Source: Acutalibacteraceae bacterium
GTDB taxonomy: Bacteria > Bacillota > Clostridia > Oscillospirales > Acutalibacteraceae
Assembly: GCA_045637365.1 (NCBI GenBank)
Contig: JAZTZH010000018.1
Coordinates: forward strand, 5,775-69,774
Length of the DNA stretch: 64,000 nt
Direction of reading: 5' to 3'
Part shown: piece after piece, positions 9,933-18,972 of the stretch
Position numbering within the stretch: position 1 is the first letter of the stretch
Layout of the letters: every line of letters starts with the position of its first letter
Made by a program: the position numbers and the translations under genes
Notes under the pieces: generated by a model
Databases searched by the model: none
What the model was told of the DNA's origin: nothing
The model's input: the letters and a program-made list of their open reading frames with translations, nothing else

Positions 9933-10596
9933 AAAATCCGAGGTAATTATTAAATTTTTCGGTATTCTCGATGTAACGGGTGAAGTAGTTACTATGTGGA
10001 TAATTCTCGGCGTGCTTGCTCTGGTTTCGCTTATAGTGAAGCTTAATCTTAAAGAGCGTCCGGGAAAATTTCAGAATGTTATAGAAACCGGAGTCGAATA
10101 TCTCGATAATTTCTTTACGGATATTCTCGGCAAAAAGAAGGCAAGAAAATATTTTACATTTCTTGCATCACTGTTTATTTTTATTATTTTCTCGAACTAT
10201 TCAGGTTTGATTCCCGGTGTGGGACTTACGGATTATGTGAAGGCGCCTACGGCATCGCTGTCTGTAACGGCCGGTCTCGGTGTACTGACCTTTCTGTTCC
10301 TGCAGATTTCGGGTATCAGACATAACGTGAAGCATTATTTCAAACGTTTTGTGATGCCGATGTTCTTTATGTTACCGCTTCTCGTTTTAGACGAATTTAT
10401 CAAGCCGGCATCTCTCGCACTGAGACTTTACGGTAACATTTTCGGTGAGGAAATGGTAACGGAGGAGCTTTATCACATTTTTCCCATCGGTGCGCCTGTA
10501 ATAATGATGGCGCTTTCCCTTTTATTCTGTGCCTTACAGGCTATGGTTTTTACTATGCTTGTATCGATATATTTAGAAGAAGTAACCGAAGATTAA
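9925..10596 (+). CDS. atpB: F0 ATP synthase subunit a
   Basis: Contains LALRLYGNIFGEEM (the conserved Arg motif of subunit a) and is polytopic. I prefer the ATG at 9925, six nt after GGAGG; the track start at 9880 and the ATG at 9919 are alternatives. Confidence 0.9.
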   Translation: MGEKSEVIIKFFGILDVTGEVVTMWIILGVLALVSLIVKLNLKERPGKFQNVIETGVEYLDNFFTDILGKKKARKYFTFLASLFIFIIFSNYSGLIPGVGLTDYVKAPTASLSVTAGLGVLTFLFLQISGIRHNVKHYFKRFVMPMFFMLPLLVLDEFIKPASLALRLYGNIFGEEMVTEELYHIFPIGAPVIMMALSLLFCALQAMVFTMLVSIYLEEVTED

Positions 10597-10601
10597 AATT
10601 C

Positions 10602-10877
10602 TAAGTTGGCGAGTGTAATCCGAAATAGCCTGAAAGCGTTCTTTTTAAAGGCTTTTCGGCGCTTCGCCCTTGAAAGGCGCCAGCCTTTCATCATTCTCAG
10701 CATTCAAAAATCCACTTAAAAATCTTCGTTTTCAGGTCGAAAATTTTTTGAATAACGGATTTTTGTCAAGATGAGGCACAAAACGCAGTTAATCCTTTCG
10801 GATTGACGAGTATTTTAACAAAATATTGGCGAAAATCCATATTCAAAAAACTGTTTCGGATTATACTCGCCAACTTA
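10602..10877. repeat. MITE-like element bounded by inverted repeats, inserted between atpB and atpE
   Basis: The 24-nt ends taagttggcgagtgtaatccgaaa (10602-10625) and tttcggattatactcgccaactta (10854-10877) are reverse complements with one mismatch. The interior holds nested hairpins and several copies of TTGnCnAAAATCC in both orientations. Confidence 0.6.
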
Positions 10878-10897
10878 ATAAAAAGGAGTAATCTAAA

Positions 10898-11128
10898 ATG
10901 ACAAATTCAGCAATTATCGCTATCGCAGCAGCAATCGCAATCGCAATCAGTACACTCGGTCCTGCAATCGGTCAGGGTATGACAGCTAAATCCGCTATGG
11001 AAAGTATCGCACGTCAGCCTGACGCAGCTAAGGATATCCGTTCCACACTTATCATTTCTCTTGCTCTTATGGAGGCTCTTACCATTTACGGCCTTCTTAT
11101 CGCATTTATGCTTGTTAATAAAATCTGA
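10898..11128 (+). CDS. atpE: F0 ATP synthase subunit c
   Basis: A 76-aa hairpin protein with the ARQPDA loop and the carboxylate helix [16 protein letters not shown] aaaaggag. Confidence 0.95.
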   Translation: MTNSAIIAIAAAIAIAISTLGPAIGQGMTAKSAMESIARQPDAAKDIRSTLIISLALMEALTIYGLLIAFMLVNKI

Positions 11129-11139
11129 GGTAGTAGCTT

Positions 11140-11565
11140 ATGAGTATACAGCCATCAGTTATAGTGTGGACTGTAATATGTTTTCTGCTGTTAACGGTTA
11201 TACTTAAAAACCTTCTTTTCACTCCCGTACTAAAAATGCTCGACAGCCGTAAGGAAAAGATCGGATCGGCAGATAAAAAGCTTCGTGAAATCGAAAGCAT
11301 TACTGCCGAGAACGAGAGACGTCTCGCAGAGGAAAAACAGCGAGCCGAAGCTGAGAGTATCGCACAGGCTAAGGAAAAGGTGCAGCAGATACAGTCCCAA
11401 GGCAAAAAAGAAATCGAAAATGCCCGCAGAAAATGCCTTTCAGATATCGAAGAATACAGAAACGGCATAACAGGGGAATATGACAAGATAGTTTATTCCG
11501 TTGCTCCGAAAATGGAGACAGCGGCGGCTATCTTCGCCAAAAACATTATCTCCGACAGGATTTGA
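11140..11565 (+). CDS. atpF: F0 ATP synthase subunit b
   Basis: An N-terminal TM helix is followed by a long charged coiled coil (EEKQRAEAESIAQAKEKVQQI...). Position in the operon fits. Confidence 0.85.
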   Translation: MSIQPSVIVWTVICFLLLTVILKNLLFTPVLKMLDSRKEKIGSADKKLREIESITAENERRLAEEKQRAEAESIAQAKEKVQQIQSQGKKEIENARRKCLSDIEEYRNGITGEYDKIVYSVAPKMETAAAIFAKNIISDRI

Positions 11566-11569
11566 TATT

Positions 11570-13780
11570 ATGGAAATACAGTATGTTATTATTAACTTTC
11601 TGATTCTGGTTGCCGTTCTGGTTATAGTAGGCAGAAAAACCGTGAAGAAGCTTTTCGGCGGCAGATACGAAAGAATAAACAAAGAACTCGACAGGGCAGA
11701 GGAAATAGAGAAAATGCCCGTGCCTTTTTTAGAGATACCTGCTGCAGAAGCACTCTGTGCGGACTGCAGTGAAGAGGTAAATAAGGCGGAGACTCTCGTT
11801 GCGGAAAAAATCGCATCTATCGAAGCTTTCGGTGAAAGAGAAAAAAGTGAAGTTCACCGCAGTATGATAGAGGATGCCCGTAAGGAGCTTTTTTCCGTAA
11901 TGAAAGAGCATGTGGTAAATCTTTTCTCTTACGAAAAGTATCAGAATGCCATTCGTGACCTCGACAGACAGGTTATCGACGAAATTCTTAAGAGAATAAC
12001 TCTTACTCCCGGTGATATGGCATATCTTAAGCATCATGATGTCCTTTATGTGACTCTTACCTCTGCTTATCCTCTTGCAAAGGATATAGTAGACGATGTG
12101 GATAAGGCTACTTCGAAGCTTCTTGAGGCTGTAGGGGGTAAAACCTCCTTATGGGTGCTCGAGGACAGAGAGCTTATCGGCGGTCTGCGTCTTCGTATAG
12201 GTGATACCGTTTACGACGGCACCGTGGCAGAAGAGCTTTATCAGTTCGGAAAAACTCTCAGCCGTGAGCCTATAATGCACGACGACACGGTGGGTCATCT
12301 TATTCAGGAATTTACCGAAAAAGCAGAAACATTCAAGCCTCATATTCATAAGTATCAGCTCGGCAGAGTAATGACTGTTTCTGACGGTATCTGCTGGATG
12401 GACGGTCTTGCTGACATTATGTACGGTGAGGTTGTGGAATTCGAATGCGGTGAAAGAGGTATGGTTCTCGATATTCAGCAGAACCGTATCGGCTGCGTTA
12501 TTTTCGGTGAGTTCGAGCATATCGAAAGCGGAAGCCGTGTAAGACGTGTGGGCAGAATTGCATCTGTTCCCGTAGGTGAATGTCTCTTGGGTAGAGTAGT
12601 GGATGCTATGGGTAATCCCATCGATGCTATGGGTTATCTTCCGTACAAAGAAACCCGTCCTATTGAATATAAGGCTCCCGGTATATTAGACCGTGCTCCC
12701 GTTAATTCGCCTCTCCACACAGGTATAAAGGCTATTGACGCTCTTGTACCCATCGGTAAGGGTCAGAGAGAGCTTATCATCGGTGACAGACAGACGGGTA
12801 AAACCGCTATCGCCATCGACACTATCATTAATCAGAAGGGTAAGAATACTGTCTGTATTTATGTTGCTATCGGACAGAAAGATACCCTTGTGGCTGAAAT
12901 AAAAGAAAAACTCGAAGCACATGGAGCGATGGAATATACGGTCATTATCGCTGTACCCGCTTCTGCTTCTGCTGCACTTCAGTACATCGCACCTTTCTCG
13001 GGCTCTGCTATGGCTGAATACTTTATGTATGCGGGTAAGGATGTGCTCATCGTTTACGATGACCTTTCTAAGCATGCCGTAGCTTACCGTGAGCTTTCTC
13101 TTCTTTTACACAGACCTTCGGGCCGTGAAGCTTATCCCGGTGACATTTTCTATCTTCATTCGAGACTTCTGGAAAGAGCGGCGCACCTTTCCGATGAACT
13201 TGGCGGCGGCTCCATTACGGCTCTGCCCATTATCGAAACACTCGCAGGCGACATCTCTGCTTACATTCCGACTAACGTTATTTCTATCACTGACGGTCAG
13301 ATTTTCCTCGATGCAGAGCTTTTCAACGAAGGTCAGCGTCCTGCTGTCAATGTAGGTCTTTCTGTTTCTCGAGTGGGCGGTGCGGCACAGACACCTTCTA
13401 TGAAAAAGGTTTCATCCTCACTTCGTACCCGCCTGGCACAGTACAGAGAACTGGCAGAGTTTATGCAGTTCGGTTCGGATATCGACGATGAGACTAAGAA
13501 AACTCTTGCCTCGGGCAGACTTCTCACGGAAGCACTCCGTCAGCCGAGGTATGCTCCTATCGAGGATAATATGCAGACGATTCTTATCTTCGCCGTAAGT
13601 GAAGGCTATGCCGACGGAATCTCTCCCGATGAAATGGAAAAGTTCGAAAAGGAGCTTTACAGATATTTCCGTGAAGATAAGGCAGACCTTGCCCTTAAGA
13701 TTAAAGAGGCAAAGAAATTTGACGACGAACTGAAAAATGAACTCAGGGAAGCTCTGAGTGCGTTTAATGCGAGGTCATAA
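11570..13780 (+). CDS. atpA: F1 alpha subunit in frame with an upstream b-like/delta-like segment (apparent atpH-atpA fusion, 736 aa)
   Basis: N-terminus: TM helix plus a b-like KKLFGGRYERINKELDRAEE. Middle: a delta C-terminal signature, LIGGLRLRIGDTVYDGTVAEEL. From the ATG at 12275 there is a full-length alpha (501 aa) with Walker A GDRQTGKT. No stop codon separates the parts in this sequence. The track start at 11501 overlaps atpF and is unlikely. Confidence 0.8.
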   Translation: MEIQYVIINFLILVAVLVIVGRKTVKKLFGGRYERINKELDRAEEIEKMPVPFLEIPAAEALCADCSEEVNKAETLVAEKIASIEAFGEREKSEVHRSMIEDARKELFSVMKEHVVNLFSYEKYQNAIRDLDRQVIDEILKRITLTPGDMAYLKHHDVLYVTLTSAYPLAKDIVDDVDKATSKLLEAVGGKTSLWVLEDRELIGGLRLRIGDTVYDGTVAEELYQFGKTLSREPIMHDDTVGHLIQEFTEKAETFKPHIHKYQLGRVMTVSDGICWMDGLADIMYGEVVEFECGERGMVLDIQQNRIGCVIFGEFEHIESGSRVRRVGRIASVPVGECLLGRVVDAMGNPIDAMGYLPYKETRPIEYKAPGILDRAPVNSPLHTGIKAIDALVPIGKGQRELIIGDRQTGKTAIAIDTIINQKGKNTVCIYVAIGQKDTLVAEIKEKLEAHGAMEYTVIIAVPASASAALQYIAPFSGSAMAEYFMYAGKDVLIVYDDLSKHAVAYRELSLLLHRPSGREAYPGDIFYLHSRLLERAAHLSDELGGGSITALPIIETLAGDISAYIPTNVISITDGQIFLDAELFNEGQRPAVNVGLSVSRVGGAAQTPSMKKVSSSLRTRLAQYRELAEFMQFGSDIDDETKKTLASGRLLTEALRQPRYAPIEDNMQTILIFAVSEGYADGISPDEMEKFEKELYRYFREDKADLALKIKEAKKFDDELKNELREALSAFNARS

Positions 13781-13782
13781 TT

Positions 13783-16009
<2,227 letters not shown>

Positions 16010-16014
16010 GAGAA

Positions 16015-16284
16015 ATGAAGTTTACACTTTTCACTCCCCACCGTCAGTTTCCTTTCCTCGAATGTGACAGCGTAAAGCTGAACATCGCCGACAGTGTAAG
16101 CGGTAAGTTTTCGGGTTCTTACGGCATAAGAAAAGGTCACGCCAAGGCTATTTTCTCTCTTGCCGAGGGTAGAATCTCCGTAAGCTTTAAGGACAAGGAG
16201 ATTTTCTCTGCTGAATGTCAGGGTGGCTTCGCCGTCGTGGAAAATGATGAGGTCAGAGTTATCTCAGACGGAATAAAGGAATAA
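16015..16284 (+). CDS. atpC: F1 ATP synthase epsilon subunit, short form (beta-sandwich only)
   Basis: Its position after atpD fits, and the 89 aa are beta-rich. I prefer the ATG at 16015 over the GTG at 16006, which overlaps the atpD stop. Confidence 0.75.
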   Translation: MKFTLFTPHRQFPFLECDSVKLNIADSVSGKFSGSYGIRKGHAKAIFSLAEGRISVSFKDKEIFSAECQGGFAVVENDEVRVISDGIKE

Positions 16285-16288
16285 AAAT

Positions 16289-16326
16289 AAAGCCGACAGG
16301 TTCGTTTTGAATCTGTCGGCTTTACT
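16289..16326. terminator. Bidirectional terminator between convergent atpC and dusB
   Basis: Perfect 11-bp stem aaagccgacag / ctgtcggcttt, with A/T runs on both sides. Confidence 0.85.
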
Positions 16327-16328
16327 AT

Positions 16329-17297
16329 TTACATATTCTCCATCATTATCTTAAATGCCAGTTCCTCTAACTGCTCTATGCTTTCGAGCATGCCCACCTG
16401 CTGACGGTAGGCGGCGGCACCCTTAATGCCCTTGATGTACCAGGCGGCGTGTTTTCTTGCCTCTCGGATACCTACTCTTTCGCCCTTGTATTCGCAGATG
16501 CGCTTGATGTGCTTTACCATAACTCTCATTCTTTCGCTGACGGGAGGCTCGGGGAGAATAATCTCGTGCTCCAAATAGGCGGTAATCTGACTGAATACCC
16601 AGGGTCTGCCGAGAGCTCCTCTGCCCACCATAAGGTAGTCGCAGTTGGTTTCTTCTATCATCTGTGCCGCTGAAAGACCGTCGGTAATGTCGCCGTTTGC
16701 GATGAGGGGGATGTCGATGTTTTTCTTGACCTCTGCTATCATCTTGCGGTCTACGGGGGGAGCGTACATCTGCTGTCTCGTTCTGCCGTGAAGGGTTACG
16801 GCTGACATACCTGCTCTCTGTGCTCTCTGCGCCATTTCGATACAGTTTATGCTGTCCGCATCCCAGCCGAGTCTTATCTTGACCGTAACGGGAATGTCTA
16901 CAGCCTCCTTGACCGCTCTCATTATTTCTTCAGCAAGCTCGGGATTTTTAAGTAATGCACTACCTCCGCCGTTGCCTGCGATTTTCGGTGCGGGACAGCC
17001 CATATTTATGTCGATTACCTCAGGATTATATTCGAGACAGCTTACGGCACTTTCAGCCATAATTTTCGGATCACTGCCGAAAATCTGTGCGGCGGCGGGC
17101 CTTTCTTTTTCAGAAAGAGAGAGGAGCTTTTTGCTTTTTCTGTCGCACATGGTAAGTCCCTTACTGCTGACCATTTCGCTGACTACATAAGTGGCGCCGT
17201 ATTCCACACACAGCTCTCTGAATGCCTTGTCTGCCACGCCTGCCATAGGAGCTAAAGCGGCAGAGCGTGAATTTATTTCTATGTTACCTATTTTCAT
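16329..17297 (-). CDS. dusB: tRNA-dihydrouridine synthase
   Basis: LAPMAGVADKAFRELC, INMGCPAPKI and TLHGRTRQQMY are Dus-family TIM-barrel motifs. Confidence 0.9.
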   Translation of the reverse strand: MKIGNIEINSRSAALAPMAGVADKAFRELCVEYGATYVVSEMVSSKGLTMCDRKSKKLLSLSEKERPAAAQIFGSDPKIMAESAVSCLEYNPEVIDINMGCPAPKIAGNGGGSALLKNPELAEEIMRAVKEAVDIPVTVKIRLGWDADSINCIEMAQRAQRAGMSAVTLHGRTRQQMYAPPVDRKMIAEVKKNIDIPLIANGDITDGLSAAQMIEETNCDYLMVGRGALGRPWVFSQITAYLEHEIILPEPPVSERMRVMVKHIKRICEYKGERVGIREARKHAAWYIKGIKGAAAYRQQVGMLESIEQLEELAFKIMMENM

Positions 17298-17374
17298 TTA
17301 TCATCTTCCTTTGAAAAGTTCCATTTATTATAACATAAAAGGAGTGAAAATGCACTATCTTTTTCGAAAAATCC

Positions 17375-17403
17375 TTGACAATATAATTACATAGCCATAT
17401 AAT
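17375..17403 (+). promoter_or_regulatory. Consensus sigma-A promoter of the arsR-czcD operon
   Basis: TTGACA (17375-17380), exactly 17 nt, then TATAAT (17398-17403). Confidence 0.8.
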
Positions 17404-17406
17404 TAT

Positions 17407-17426
17407 ATTTGAACAGATGTTCAAAT
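17407..17426 (+). promoter_or_regulatory. ArsR/SmtB-type operator (perfect 9-2-9 palindrome)
   Basis: ATTTGAACA-GA-TGTTCAAAT lies immediately downstream of the -10. The TGAACA..TGTTCA core matches the CzrA/SmtB operator type. Confidence 0.75.
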
Positions 17427-17448
17427 GATAAAGCAAAAGGTGATAATA

Positions 17449-17790
17449 ATGGATAAGGAATATCTCATAATAGAAAAAGAGACCGCAGAAAAGCTCGCCG
17501 AGGGTCAGCCTGATGAGGATGTGCTTTTCGACCTGGCGGAGCTTTTTAAGATTTTCGGTGACTCAAACCGCATCAGAATACTTTATGCTCTTTCCGGTAC
17601 GGAGCTCTGTGTAAGCGATATGGCGAAAATGCTCGGTCTGTCTGCTTCTGCGGTAAGCCATCAGCTTCGTATTCTTAAAGCCTCGAAGCTTGTACGTTGC
17701 CGCAGAGAGGGAAAGATTATTTTTTATATGCTCGATGATGAACATGTGAGAGATATTATAAATCTTGGGCTTGAACACGTAATTGAATGA
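17449..17790 (+). CDS. ArsR/SmtB-family metal-responsive repressor
   Basis: The wHTH region is FKIFGDSNRIRILYAL...CVSDMAKMLGLSASAVSHQLRILK. The ATG at 17449 has RBS aaaggtga. The track start at 17425 lies inside the operator. Confidence 0.85.
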   Translation: MDKEYLIIEKETAEKLAEGQPDEDVLFDLAELFKIFGDSNRIRILYALSGTELCVSDMAKMLGLSASAVSHQLRILKASKLVRCRREGKIIFYMLDDEHVRDIINLGLEHVIE

Positions 17791-17798
17791 GGTGCTTT

Positions 17799-18695
17799 AT
17801 GAAAACTGACAGAAAAATATTAGTCGCTTTTTTACTGAATCTCTTTTTCTCCGTCTTAGAATTTGTCGGCGGTACGGTGACGGGTAGTGTGGCAATTATT
17901 TCCGATGCTCTTCACGATATGGGAGATGCGGCAGGGATAGGTCTTTCTTATTTCTTCGAAAGGAAGAGCAGAAAAGCACCTGATAATGATTACACCTACG
18001 GCTATCTCCGCTATTCTGTTCTGGGCAGTCTTATGATAACGGCGATTCTCCTTTTCGGCTCTGTACTTGTTATTTATAAGGCGGTATTGCGTATTCTTAA
18101 TCCCGAACCCGTAAATTATAACGGAATGATAGTTTTTGCCGTAATCGGTACGGCGGTTAATTTCTCTGCCGTGCTTTTTACGAGAGACGGAGATTCTCTT
18201 AACAGAAAAGCCGTTAACCTTCATATGCTCGAAGACACTCTCGGCTGGATAGTGGTTTTGGCAGGTGCGGTGGTAATGCGCTTTACGGATTTAACCTTTA
18301 TCGATCCGCTTATGTCCATAGGCGTAGCTCTGTTTATTCTTATTAATTCCGTTAAAAATTTTAAAGAAAGTCTTTCTGTCTTTCTCGAAAAAGCTCCTGA
18401 CGGTGTATCTGTGGAGGAAATCAGAGAACACATTCTTTCCATAGAGGGCGTAGCTGATGTTCACCATATACACCTGTGGACTATGGACGGATTCAGTAAC
18501 TGTGCTACCATGCATGTGGTTACTGACGGAGATTTCTCTGCTGTTAAAGAAAAAATCCGCCACGAGCTTTCCCACCACGGTATAACGCATTCGGTTATTG
18601 AAACGGAAAGAACCGAGGAGAAATGCAGCGAGCCTCATTGTGAAGTGATGAATGAGGGTCAAGGGTCAAGGGTCAGGGTACACCATCATCATTAA
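17799..18695 (+). CDS. czcD: Cation diffusion facilitator (Zn/Co/Cd efflux), CzcD/ZitB-like
   Basis: Six TM helices, the HD/HD-type motifs SDALHDMGD and LHMLEDTLGW, and a His-rich C-terminal tail. I prefer the ATG at 17799 after gaggtg. Confidence 0.9.
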   Translation: MKTDRKILVAFLLNLFFSVLEFVGGTVTGSVAIISDALHDMGDAAGIGLSYFFERKSRKAPDNDYTYGYLRYSVLGSLMITAILLFGSVLVIYKAVLRILNPEPVNYNGMIVFAVIGTAVNFSAVLFTRDGDSLNRKAVNLHMLEDTLGWIVVLAGAVVMRFTDLTFIDPLMSIGVALFILINSVKNFKESLSVFLEKAPDGVSVEEIREHILSIEGVADVHHIHLWTMDGFSNCATMHVVTDGDFSAVKEKIRHELSHHGITHSVIETERTEEKCSEPHCEVMNEGQGSRVRVHHHH

Positions 18696-18972
18696 TGAAA
18701 CGCTAAGTGTAAAACGCTAAACGGACGGGAAAAACTGATAAATACATTCCGTAGAGTGAAGGATATTATAATTTTACTTTTTGATGTTTATTTCAATTCT
18801 TTCTTTGCGGAAAGATAGCGTAATATTATATAACAGTAAATCCGCGACCTTCGTTTTGCGTTTAGCACTTATCGTTTAGCATTTTAAAATGGAATTTATT
18901 TTTGTTTCATCTATCATTCTTTATTAAAGTATGCTATACTTATCCTTAACGAATAAAAAAGAGGTGTTTTTT

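Noticed and set aside
10898-11128. Whether the c subunit indicates a Na+-translocating ATP synthase.
   Set aside because: Gln (GQG) and Tyr (EALTIY) are present, but the Ser/Thr immediately after the carboxylate (the ES/ET of Na+ binders) is Ala-Leu here. The evidence is insufficient either way without a proper alignment.
11115-11486. Antisense and alternative-frame ORFs across the atp operon, dusB and the dcw genes (for example 11115-11486 minus, 12149-12520 minus, 16849-17190 plus, 27102-27713 minus, 35926-36483 minus).
   Set aside because: All lie inside strongly supported conserved genes and carry no motifs. They are typical shadow ORFs.
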